A DNA stretch of 64,000 nt from positions 13,888,001 through 13,952,000 of the forward strand of contig CM097882.1 of the NCBI GenBank assembly GCA_044892505.1. The letters run 5' to 3'. The position numbers and the translations under genes were made by a program. The first letter of the stretch is position 1; every line of letters starts with the position of its first letter. The notes below the pieces were generated by a model. The model made no database searches. It saw only the letters and a list, made by a program, of their open reading frames with translations, and was not told the origin of the DNA. The stretch comes from Schmidtea nova. Taxonomy: Eukaryota. Below, piece by piece: positions 38,421-51,282 of this stretch.

Positions 38421-39249
38421 ATAATACTCAACACAGAATAATTTCTATTGAGTGTCACAACAAATTACAATTTGTCTTTAATTCCAATTTATTGGATCGA
38501 TACAATTTACAATTCCCGATAATTTTCACTTTCTTTGGTTAATTAATTTTATTCAACGTTAAGGCAGATAATCCAAGGGGGTAATTGTCTTCTCTGGTAC
38601 GTTTAATTGAATAAAGTTTTATAATAATCGCTTCTTACCTCTCTCTTTTAACTCTCCTAAACTTTTTCTTAATGAAAGTTTAACTTAATTCTTTTTGACC
38701 AACTGCCAGCTCGTCTCTCTTCCGATCTCTTTTTACAGCATTATCGAGGAGATAATTATCTAAAATTGCTGAAACTCTTTGGGTCTAATTGGTACAATAA
38801 CAAATTAAATTTTCCATCACTCACTAGCGCCCGTGTGAGTTTTATCTTTAATTTCTTTGCGCAATTACCCGGGTTACTAACTCACTCGGCTTTCCAATGT
38901 GCTTTTATGTTTTCCTTATCACTTGAGCTTCCCTATAGCTCGGGTTTCCATTATCTAGGGCTTCCCTTTGGCTCAGGCTTTCCATTAGCTCAGGCTTCCC
39001 ATTGAACAATTAATTGATTTTTAATTAATTTGTTATTTCCCAATAACATTTCAGGACCTTTTTACGGAGTATTTATTACTATTTTTGAGTACGTCTTATG
39101 ATTTGGTGTTCAACTATACCCATTTCCTCAATCAATATTAATTTTTACTATGCGATAAATTTTAATTATTTTTTGCACTTAGTTATTTTGATATTTTCTT
39201 CATTTTTGTACTGACTTTAATAATTTCATTGATTTTCCTTGACATAATA

Positions 39250-39790
39250 CATTTATTACATGATGTACGTACAAATATATTTTCCTGTAAAATGATCGCG
39301 ATCTTTGCCTTTTTAAATTACCTTTTTCTTGCACAAGTAACAAATTGTAGATGTTTCGAATGATTGTTTTTCATCTAGAGAAAGTTGTAACATTGGCTTT
39401 TTCACTTTATTTTATGTCATATGGAAGAATAATTTTCGTTACTATAATCTTTACTTTCTTTAAAAATTGATAGTAACTTAATATTTCGGTAAAATTGTTG
39501 ATTAATAATAGCCCGGCTGAAATTGGTAAATGTTTTGAAAGTGAGTGTTATCTTTAATCAAAATTTGCATATAAGGTTGTACCTGATTGATTTCTCCAAA
39601 AACCTTTTTCTTCCTGAATCCATTCAATCAATTTTCAAATCACTTGCAACATGCCTGAATACTACAATTTGCACTTTTATGACAATTCATCAAACGATCG
39701 ATGTTAATCACTGCATTGTAGTGAAAATGTTCTTTAGGTAAATTTGTTTTCCAACTGAGACTTTCCATATATGAACTATATCTAAATGTG
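39250..39790 (-). pseudogene. Further decayed pPolB N-terminal remnants
   Basis: SSY...LPKE...NAVINI and KDRDHFTGKY resemble Polinton pPolB N-terminal/endonuclease-VII-like motifs. Confidence 0.45.
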
Positions 39791-42289
39791 GATGTTTCAT
39801 TATAACATTTACGATTTTCTCTCATATGTTTAATTTAATAGTAGCATAATATTAATTAACTTAAGTATTAATCTGTGAAATTAATATTTCATAAAACAGA
39901 ATAACTCAAAATAATAATAAGTTAAGAATATTTTTTAATAAATAATTAACATTCATTTCTATTTTCCAGATTTATAGGTCGTGAGCACTGCTCCTAATTG
40001 ATAAATACTGTAAAAATCAAATTATAGACTGCTAACTTGACATATTAATAATAAAAAGCTGATTAACATCATAACAATAAAGGTAAAATACATTAATGAC
40101 AATAATTCACTAATTTTGGCGATATATTCCCTTTCCAATTTTTTTATTGGGAAAAATCATATTTATATTTTTACATAAATTTTATGTACAATAATAAAAT
40201 AGGAAAACGCTCGATTTTATATAAATATCATCATTCATTTTAATGTAACAAAATTGGATTTTTATTTGAATAAAGAATACTTGTATTAAAATTGTTAGAT
40301 GTCGTTAAAACATCTTCATTTAAATCAGAATCGAAAATCATATCAAAAATATTTATTTAATTCAAGAATGATTTTAATCGTTGAGAATATTTAAACTAAA
40401 AACTAAAATTTGTTATTTAAAATATTTATTTAAAATTATTTTTATGAAATCTATTTATAAAATTTTAATTTAATTTATTTTTTTAAAATAAAACTTTAAA
40501 AACTAAATTTAACCATTTTCATGTAAAAACACTTTTATAAAATTTATTTATAATTATTATTCTAAAATCTATTTATATAAAATTTTAAATCATATTTATT
40601 ATTTAAAAAATGAAACATTTAAAACTTAATTTAACTATCTTAAAATACTTATTTGAAATACGTAATAAAATAACTATTTTATTATCTGTAAAATATTTTA
40701 CTCTAATTTAATTATTTAATTTTAATGTTCATTAATAATCNNNNNNNNNNNNNNNNNNNNNNNNNNNNNNNNNNNNNNNNNNNNNNNNNNNNNNNNNNNN
40801 NNNNNNNNNNNNNNNNNNNNNNNNNNNNNNNNNNNNNNNNNNNNNNNNNNNNNNNNNNNNNNNNNNNNNNAATTAAATATATATTTTATTGGAAAATTAT
40901 ATGTGTTGAATCTAAAGTAAAATAATATATATTACAAATTTCTTTTAAATAAAATTAAATATTTTGATTTTATAAACTGAAAAATAGTGTAATATTAATG
41001 GAATTTTTCCGCATTTCTTCAATCGTGTTAAACCGAAACCGGGAAAATGAGTACCGTGTAAATCGAGGACTTTGTGTATTCGACATATAAATGAAAAAAT
41101 ATTAAAATCTCATAATTCAATTATCATCATTCATTAAAAACCAGTTTACTCGTATTTTGATTTATCGGAACAGGAATATAAATATTCAAAAACTAGTGAT
41201 CTCTTCAGGTTGTGTAGAGTATTATTTGAATGTGGAATTTTATTTTTCTAATTTTTCCAAAACCATAATGAAATTTGAATAATAATTACTCAAACTTTTG
41301 TATTTAAAGAATAAACAAAACTCAACAGGTTTTTTGTTTTATCAAAGTCGTAATATAGCATGTAGATCTCGCTCAAGTAAATTTAAAATTTGTAATGAGA
41401 AACACCGAGCAAATAAATTAATGACACAACACATCAAAAATTAAATAAAACACGTTTAAAAAATAAAATGAACAAAGGCGCACCAAGTAAACATGTAAGA
41501 AACATAAAAATAAAACATTAATTGCAATAAATTAGGTACAAATTAGAAAAATTTAGATGTTTCATGGAAAATCTTTCGATTTATATAAGTATTAACGATA
41601 AAATACAAAAGAAAATTGATTTGAAGAAACTTTACGAAATTTCGTTAAATTAGTAATAACATTGTTAAAACTAATTTTTGTATATTAAAATAAATATATT
41701 TAACTCTAATAAAATTTTAGACAAAAATATTAATTTAATTTTTGACAAAATAAAAACTATTTAATTCAGAAAATCTAAAAATTCAAACATGAAAATTTTG
41801 TTTTACTGCATCAAATGAGGAAGTAAAAGATTTCACTAAATAAGCCGCATCCAAATTGAAAAACAAAATTGTTCACTAATTTGTAAATTAACTTGTAACT
41901 TGTTGATGTATTTTCTTTTATTTATTACTTATTATTATTCATTCATATCTACTGTTTATACAGGATAAACCAATAAGTTTTGTCCGCTGCTCATACTCAG
42001 CTTTCCAATGCTGTAATGACTGTATAGGTCTGCAACTTTGTGTGTCTATGCTACATATATGTTGTAAATTTGTAAAATTTAAAAAAATCACTTATTAATA
42101 ATTTTTAACATTGCTTTGATTATTAACTTTGATATGTCTTACATGGATTAAGCATTTTTAATAAATTTCTTGTTTGACTGAAATAATTTTTGTTTTCATT
42201 AGAATACGTCGATTTCAAATGAATTTCGCAAGAGAGGATATCCGCAAGTTAATCTACTACAATCGGAAATGAAATAAATTTGACACTTG

Positions 42290-44296
42290 TGTTGGGCAAA
42301 AACCACAAATGTTTTAATAAAGCGATAACCCCATAGGTAGAGAGCGCGCAAGATTTAGTTTCAACCCAAAAATCCATTTAAAAATCCAAGCGATTAAGTG
42401 GAAAACACCAAAAGGTGAAGTGGACTCAAAACACATCAACCAGTAGAGAACGCGCTAGCTGGGAGTCTAAAAGCCCTTACATTGAAACCTCGAGAAAAAT
42501 CAAATGCCATCAAAAGAAGAACGTTTAAAAGTTAGAATAGGCGGAAAACCCATTGAAAATACCCATAAAGAACGGAATTGTGTTATAAAACCTTCATGCA
42601 GAAAAAATTAACAGAATTTTAGCCGAAAATTGTGATTTTAGCAAAATATTTCACATTAACAATAAAAAGAACTAATATTGATCGAAATATCGTAAATTAA
42701 ATCAAATCGAACAAATTTCGATTCAAAAACAAAAATTTGGAATTAAAATAAATTATTTGTGTTTTGCAAAAAATTATTACACAAAAATATGGATTTAATT
42801 TTTGGAAAATCATTAGAATTCATTTAGAAAAATTAAAAGGAAAATTCTAGAATAATTTGTTTTATTACACTGGTGAAGGTGACGAAAATCGATGGTATAT
42901 ATACCGCCATCAAAATGGCAGAAATCAGAATTGGTGAATAATTTTCTGTTTAAGAATTTTTGCAGAATTGATTTTGAGAATCTAGTAAAAATTTTTGTTT
43001 GTGGAAAAAAAGAAAAATTCGGTAAGAAACATTCTTTTGTTCGGTGCGGGGTCACTGAACAGCATGCCCTTTCAGTTACCCCGTACCTGGTATTATTTTG
43101 TAAATTTTATTGCCTATATGTATCATAATCAGTTTTAATTATTATATATTTAATGAAAGTTATTTTGTTTTTTTTATTATTTTGATTTTAATCTCGTCAT
43201 AGGTTCCCATGATTCACGGAAATTCGTTTTAATATTTATTACACAAAAATAAAATTGATTAAATTTTTTTTTCTTCCGTACCCCCTGAAGCCTGTGTCTG
43301 GCCTTGCGCCGATCGGGTGGAAGTAGCCTGAGCGGATCGCTGGTTCGATACGTAAATCGATCAGTCCATATTTCCGAGTCCAGGTGAATAGCCTAACCAT
43401 CCATGATCACTTCATCCCAACTGGGGAACAGTGGCTTGGCCAAAGGCAAGGTGTTATATTAATGATATTTAATTTATAATAAATGTAGTTTATTTGAATT
43501 TATAATTTCCGACATATTTATCATCTAAAAATTAATACTACATGAAAACGTGAAAACGAATCTCTCCAGCAATGTCTTTTCCATTAGGAAAAATAATTGT
43601 ACAAGAACATTTTACTCATCGTCGCCTTCACTCTCGCAACAACCGTCATCTTATCCGTAAACACAAGTCAATGGAAGCTAATGTTTGAAAAGAATCATAT
43701 GAAATAATGCTCAAAACTGATATAATGATCATGAAATGAAATGAATTTAGGACAAGTATTGATTGATCTGAATTAAAACTCATTCATTATATAAATAAAT
43801 TTTCTCTGGTGAATCTTGTTTTCGGGAGCCTGAAGTTCCTAAGTGAATTGTCCCGAAAAATTCGCGCGCACTTGGGTTGGGAAATTCATGCTCGGACGAA
43901 ACCGAAATTTACTTTACTTGATATTAAAAATATTCGTTGAAAAATTTATAACTTATTTTTATTTTTATTTAGCATATAAAAAAACTTTTTAGATTAAATG
44001 CTTATTTGGATTTCTAAATTGATGGATAAAAATTTATTATTATGTGGATTTCGTTTTGATCAAAAAATAAAAATTTGCTTTTTATTATATTGAAAAAATT
44101 TTTTTATAATGAAAAATTGTAAACCAAAAATTTTCCTAATATTGTTATGATATAAAAGATTTTGTCATTTTATAAAATTTCTAAGAGTTTATAAATCAAA
44201 ACTTATACTGCCACCCATAAAAATTTTAAATCGAGAATATTATTATTATTTTATAAAATCCAAAATTTCGAAATTTTATAGAAAGAATTTTTACTA

Positions 44297-44381
<85 letters not shown>

Positions 44382-46080
44382 TTAAAATATAAAAATTCGA
44401 ATAAAAAAATGTATATTATAAAAATTAGAAATTTTATTATTATATTATTCTCATAAAATTATAAATTTAAAATTTATAAAAAGTAATATAAAAATGTATA
44501 TTATAAAATTAGAGATTTTATTATTATATTACTTTCATAAAATTATAAATCTAAAATTTATAAAAAGTATTATAAAAATGTGTATTATAAAAATTAGAAA
44601 TTTTATCATTATTTAATTTTCATAAAATTATAAATTTAAAATTTGTAAAAAGTATTATAAAAATTATTATTATTATTTTAATATAAAATTATTATTATTA
44701 TTTTAATTTTAAAAATATTTTATATAATTTATATATAGTATATTATAAATACCCCCACGATATCTCAAAATCATAACACATCCCTATTTGCAAAAATTTA
44801 CATCCATTTCATTCAATAACATTTCCCATACTAATACACAAGCAACATACATTTAAAATACAATATACACACATACACAGTATCATTTATTAGCATTCAA
44901 TAGTTATATACACACAGGCAAACCATACTGAAAATTCTACACAGTTATGTTAGTCTGCATCACACATCCAGAAAAACCCTACAAAAATTTCATTCACTTA
45001 TATCTATCATTCAACCATACCATAAAAAATTGAATATACCCAGCCAAACTTATTACAATCAAATAGGCCTTTTACATTATAGTTTAATTTACAAAATTAC
45101 ATAAAAATAATAAATAATAAACGAAAAAGAATAAAAAACTAATATCAAAAGAAAAATTTTATTAATCAAAATTGATAGACTTCATTCCGTTTGAGGAATA
45201 AAAACCCCCGACAAGGATTTTTCTTGTTTGTGGTTCTGAAGAGGCCGGTTCCTCGTATTCGCTTTGGAAATTTTTCTAAAATTGTTCAAAATAAATTATA
45301 ATTCTAAAATAATCAAAATTTTACTTGGTCGATAGAGTTGGCAATTTTGCTTCGTAGGAGCTGGAGTTCTAGTTTTTTTGACCCATTTTGGGTGGGAGAA
45401 TTTTCCTCTGACTTCGTAGTTTCCGGGGAGATCCATTTCTTGTTGATCTGAACTTTAGAACTCATTATTTAATCAATTTAGTGAAAAATTCAGAAACTTA
45501 CATTTAAAATTAATATGATTTTTAAATTGAGTAAATTTGTCCTTTTGATTAAATTAGCAATTTTAAACAAACGGAAATTTTATTTTTATTATTTCTAAAC
45601 TCGATAAAATTACGGTAATAATTAGAGTTTTTCTTAAATTTTAAATGCAGATTAAAATTTTTCTATAAAAATAAAGTATTTTATGTATTAATTATCATAA
45701 ATTGCAATATTGGTAAAATTTAAGGTTATATTAGTGTTTTCGATGCTCGGAATAATTTATTTGGATGCAATAATGAATTTATAGTTATGTAGAGTGTTTA
45801 TGTTGAATTTCCGATAAAATTTTGTTGAATGCTTATAGATAAATCATTAAAGGAGGGACAAAATTGGCATTAAACCTTCTATCGGTAGCCCTTGGACCCA
45901 GGAGATATTCGGTCAATCATAGTTTCGTATTGACGACGCTCACTGATTGCGAATACCCACTCACTTGTTACAGTACCATCGTTACATAGTGACGGGTAAC
46001 AAGATGGTTATTTCAATGTTTTATGTGTTGAGTTGTTGATGAGAGCCATAGTAACGTCAAGGTCATATTGACGATCAACA
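42290..46080 (+). repeat. Putative 5' LTR (~3.8 kb, TGTTG...CAACA)
   Basis: The first 1151 bp match 62843-64000. The right end is inferred from CAACA 18 nt before the PBS. Confidence 0.7.
44300..44378. repeat. (TA)n microsatellite inside the LTR; others at ~21288-21317 (TA)n and ~47231-47286 (TAT)n
   Basis: Seen directly in the sequence. Confidence 0.95.
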
Positions 46081-46098
46081 ACCCACCATATAAAAATT

Positions 46099-46116
46099 TG
46101 GGGGCTCAGCCGGGAT
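46099..46116 (+). promoter_or_regulatory. Primer-binding site, tRNA-Pro
   Basis: TGGGGGCTCAGCCGGGAT matches the canonical tRNA-Pro PBS TGGGGGCTCGTCCGGGAT at 16 of 18 positions. Confidence 0.8.
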
Positions 46117-47228
46117 AGAGTTTGTTTTTGCTTGAAAAAATCGAAAAGCAACTAAAACGAGTTCGCGCGAGACTTAATGAAAGTTTTCATAAAACATCAA
46201 CAAACTGTTAAATAAAATTTCGACAGAAACAGCGGAAAATTGTGTTTGATTTTACTAATATTATTGATATTATTATTATTATTAGAACGACTATATTTAT
46301 TTTTTTTTACCATTATGAGTANNNNNNNNNNNNNNNNNNNNNNNNNNNNNNNNNNNNNNNNNNNNNNNNNNNNNNNNNNNNNNNNNNNNNNNNNNNNNNN
46401 NNNNNNNNNNNNNNNNNNNNNNNNNNNNNNNNNNNNNNNNNNNNNNNNNNNNNNNNNNNNNNNNNNNNNNNNNNNNNNNNNNNNNNNNNNNNNNNNNNNN
46501 NNNNNNNNNNNNNNNNNNNNNNNNNNNNNNNNNNNNNNNNNNNNNNNNNNNNNNNNGTTTAGTATTATGATTGGAATCGCAAATAGCATTTTAGACGAGA
46601 TTTAAATTGAAAAATCGAGAAATTTCAAACAGAATCACCGCGAAAATGATAAAATTGAAAGCCAAAACGCGATTTTAAGCCCCAGGAGCAGCCAATGATC
46701 GAAAATGAAAATAAATAGCGACTACAGAGCGTAAAATAGGGGTCTCCAATACAAACAAAAGGCATATATAACATAAGATAAAATGTTGAGCCGGAATGGG
46801 TTAAAAGTGTAGGAAAATCGCCGGTAAAAGAGTCAAAAGATCAAACCGCGACTAATGAGTCCCACGAACAGCCAGTAATCGTAGAATTGTTCAAATAACG
46901 TCGATAGAGCGTAGAAAATGAGCACGCAGTACAGGCAAGTGAAAAATATGGTAAAAGATAAAATGCGACACCGGTATCGACGAAAGTGTAAAACATCGCC
47001 GCTATGATATTTAAAAAATTGAGAAATTACGGAATTTTGACCCAAGAAAGCAGTAACACCGAGTATTAATGATCATATAGATATCAGAATTCTCATTATT
47101 ATCATTTTAGCAGTAGAAACAGTAATTTGGTCAAATAATATAAAAATAAAACTGATTTATTATATTTTATTATAATTATTACGTAATAATATATAAGAAA
47201 TATATTGGTAAAATTGCTGTATAACGCG

Positions 47229-47288
<60 letters not shown>

Positions 47289-48532
47289 CATTTTAGTTAT
47301 TATTNNNNNNNNNNNNNNNNNNNNNNNNNNNNNNNNNNNNNNNNNNNNNNNNNNNNNNNNNNNNNNNNNNNNNNNNNNNNNNNNNNNNNNNNNNNNNNNN
47401 NNNNNNNNNNNNNNNNNNNNNNNNNNNNNNNNNNNNNNNNNNNNNNNNNNNNNNNNNNNNNNNNNNCGTGAGTGGTACTGTCGATATCATAATTATTATT
47501 AGCGATATTGGTGTTATTTTGACCGTTAATTATTAATTGAGAATGACTGAGGTATGACCCCTGTAATTTTATTTTGTTGGCAAAGAAGGACATGGAAATT
47601 ATCGGGTCTAAAAGAGATAACAACGGAAATGGATCAATACGTAAATTGTTTGTTTTAATTGATACAATGATACAGTAGAGAATGAATGATATAATCTAAT
47701 AAGTTTGGAGTTTGAATGTTGGGAAAAATTAGACTGTTGAAGTCAAAAATGATGCATGATAGTGATATTGAAAGGTTGATCGCGACTCAATTCGGAAATC
47801 GAAGTCGGGAATAACTCTAAAATCTTATGAAATCATAAATTAATATTTAACAACGACTTAAAAACGAATATAATGATATAGAATCAAACAAGAAAACGTG
47901 AGACTTAGCGCAAATACGAAAATTTTGAGATACACAAAATTAGGAACCTAGTAAAAGGAGGTGTTATATGACCATAAGATATGGGATGGAGTTCACGCGA
48001 ATCGCTTAGAGAATGAATATTCGAATACACAAAAATTGCTTCCAGTAAACGAAAAATTACCAAAAATTGCGAATACCGTAAATAAAAAATATAATTATTT
48101 TAAAATTGATAAAAAGTGTAAAAATTGTGAAAAAAATGTGTAAATAAATGTTTAATTATTTTTTATTTAGAAAATATTAGTATATTTAAAAAAAAATATA
48201 AAAAAAAATCATAAAAATTATGTACATAATGGCTGATTATTTTATTTATATTATTCGAAAAAATATCGAATATGGACGAATGGAGAAAATTATAAAAATA
48301 TAAAAATATAAAAAATATAAAAATATAAAAATATATGTATAAAAATGCCTGAATATTCTGTTAGTAGTAGTTTTGAAAAAATACAAAAATATATAAAAAT
48401 ATATAAAAAATTATAAAATTTGTGTACATAAATATTGAAGTTTTTATTATCTATTTTCGTTCAAATTTTAATAAATGGTTGACTCATGTTGATTCAAAAA
48501 GTTGTAAAAATCAGTCATCATGAATATTTTAG

Positions 48533-49015
48533 ATGGAATCAATTGAGCATATTTTACTACGAATCGAGACGTTTTTTAATTTTGAAAATGATCCATTGCT
48601 GGTGTTGAGCGAGAAACTCGAACGAGTGAATGAAATAAAAGATGAATTATTGTTGAATCCTAGACCACAACCTGAGAATCTGATAGTGATTTCAGGAATT
48701 GTAGGAACAACAAACGATATTTCGTTAGAAACGGTTTATGAATTACAACGATTGCGACTGAATAATCCGAATTTCAATCTAAAAATACAAGAATGGATTG
48801 GTAAAATCGATAAAATCATGGATAAGCTAGAGAGATCGATAAATCAACAGATCGATTTGTTTGAAAGATGTTATATTTGTCGACAAAGAGAAGCGAACAT
48901 CTTATTCATGCCATGTGGGCATTTGCGTTATTGACAGCTGTGCTCGAGAGAAATAAAGAGATGCGTAATCTGCAAACAGACAATTGATGACAAAATCGTC
49001 GTATTTTGTTCATAA
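48533..49015 (+). pseudogene. IAP/MDM2-type C-terminal RING protein with TGA at a Cys position
   Basis: CYICRQREANILFMPCGHLRY*QLCSREIKRCVICKQTI. Confidence 0.85.
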
Positions 49016-50020
49016 AGAATGTCATTCAAAATAAACGTTTTGGTCGTGTTGAACTTCGTCGATCATCCAATACTCCAAACCGTCGTAAAAATTAAATAAA
49101 CAAAGAACACTAGGTAATTAATGACTGAGAATCGTGTAAAAAACATAACAAGTAACGGCTAATGCCGAAAAATCAAACATTAGGAAAATGGGAATCTGTG
49201 ACAAAGTTACTTTTCTTTTCTTTTTGAATTTTCTTTTTTATTATTATTATAAATCCTCCTCATCATTATTATATTGATACAAATTTCATTACTATAAGTC
49301 TTCCTCATTACTGTTATTATATTGATTATCATTATTATATCGACCATTAGGACGAGCAATAAGTAGCGTTATAAAAGTTGATATTATAAGGAGAACCCTC
49401 TGAAATTAAGTAGGAAATGAGTGTCTGAGTAGAAAACGGGAAAATAGTACAAAAATTCATAACTGAGCTATCAAAAGATAGTACGCCAATTTTTTTGTTG
49501 TTGTTGTTGAAAAATTAGTAGACAACAAACGGGGAAAAACTTGATCACCCTGAGGAAAGAGAGTAGAATAGGATATCCATCGCACATGTTGACGAAATTT
49601 CGTTTGTGACTGATCATCACAAATGGCGAAACTAGTTGATGCGATTATTTTACGATTTTGAATTAGGTGAAAGGGTAACCCGTAATGTTCGTCTTATACA
49701 CCAGTTTGCCAAGGCATGATTGGTACACTGAGGTAGAGGACAGTAACATGAATAAGGAGAAAGTTGCTGAGAAAATCAGATGCAGATCTTAGAAAGTCGA
49801 AAGAGTAAAAAGCGAATTTCGATGATTACAGTAGATGATAGTATAATAAGAAAAGATTCTACCATGGTAGTTAAGGAATTAATTCGTAATTGAAAAGTAG
49901 TAGAACAATTTGAGAAAAACAGCCAGTAATAGCGAATTTATTTCTGAAATTGAAAATTGAGAATAGGGAAACGAGTGAATAAATAGTATAAAGAGAATAA
50001 TTGAAGACGGCCGAGAAAAA

Positions 50021-50421
50021 GTGAGAGACTTTGAGAGTCCAGATAATTGAGAAACTTTGAGAGTTCAGTGATAGACTTCGAGAGTACAGATAATTGAGAA
50101 ACTTTGAGAGTTCAGTGAGAGACTTTGAGAGTCCAGATAATTGAGAAACTTTGAGAGTTCAGTGAGAGACTTTGAGAGTCCAGATAATTGAGAAACTTTG
50201 AGAGTTCAGTGAGAGACTTCGAGAGTACAGATAATTGAGAAACTTTGAGAGTTCAGTGAGAGACTTTGAGAGTCCAGATAATTGAGAAACTTTGAGAGTT
50301 CAGTGAGAGACTTTGAGAGTCCAGATAATTGAGAAATTTTGAGCGCTCTGGGAGAGACTTTGAGAGTCCAGATAATTGAGAAACTTTGAGAGTTCATGTA
50401 TGTGAGAGACTTTGAGAGTCC
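50021..50421 (+). repeat. 47-bp tandem array (~8.5 copies), itself a dimer of ~23-bp subunits
   Basis: Unit GAGACTTTGAGAGTCCAGATAATTGAGAAACTTTGAGAGTTCAGTGA. Confidence 0.95.
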
Positions 50422-51282
50422 AATGTTTGTGGATATTGTTGAGAAATTTAGGAAAACGTTTGAGAGATAGAATTAAATAAAACTGCGCAGTTAAAATTTT
50501 GTTATGACAGAGAGAAACGTTGAACGCGAATACCTAAGGTGTAGTAATATAAACCGTTAACAAGAGCAGATAAAAGACATCGAGAAATACTTAGGAAATA
50601 AAATAATGGCCATGAATAGATAACGAACAAGACATTTTAACCTCGAATACCGAGATGAGTGTGAAAATAAGTCGACATGATCANNNNNNNNNNNNNNNNN
50701 NNNNNNNNNNNNNNNNNNNNNNNNNNNNNNNNNNNNNNNNNNNNNNNNNNNNNNNNNNNNNNNNNNNNNNNNNNNNNNNNNNNNNNNNNNNNNNNNNNNN
50801 NNNNNNNNNNNNNNNNNNNNNNNNNNNNNNNNNNNNGATACGACCATATAGATAATTATTACGAGATATAGATAATTTAAAATTTGAGCTCAAAGTAAAA
50901 GGGGGGTAAATAGCGTCGATGAAGAAGCGATTTTTATTTAGATTGTACAACAGATCAAAGCCAAGCCAAGAGATAGTCAAATCAATCAGTTATTGAAGAG
51001 GTATATATAGAAGAAAAGAAGAAAAAGAAGTCTTATTGAAAAGGAAAGAAGTAAAAGAAAATAAATCAAAGATGATCCAATTGAAGATAAAAGAGAGAAA
51101 TTAGCAATCGATATTAAACACAAATTGATAATATTACCAAACCAACCAAGTTCGTAAAGTCGAAAGATAAAGAGTCAAATCTATTAAAAAACGACGAAAG
51201 GAAATTACAAAGAAATAAAGCTGATAAATAAAGAAATAAAATCCACAATATTAGAAAGTTTGTAGCCGATTTTCAGAAAGAA

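Noticed and set aside
43275-43460. tRNA gene or hammerhead ribozyme
   Set aside because: The A-box-like and B-box-like motifs are only 6 nt apart with no anticodon arm; the CTGATCGA...GAAC segment lacks a proper hammerhead core and stem II.
50021-50421. CRISPR array
   Set aside because: Contiguous tandem units with no unique spacers; eukaryotic context; no cas genes.
26405-50980. ORFs containing X runs (26405, 33211, 40725, 46197-46605, 47205-47623, 50557-50980)
   Set aside because: Artefacts of translating through N gaps.
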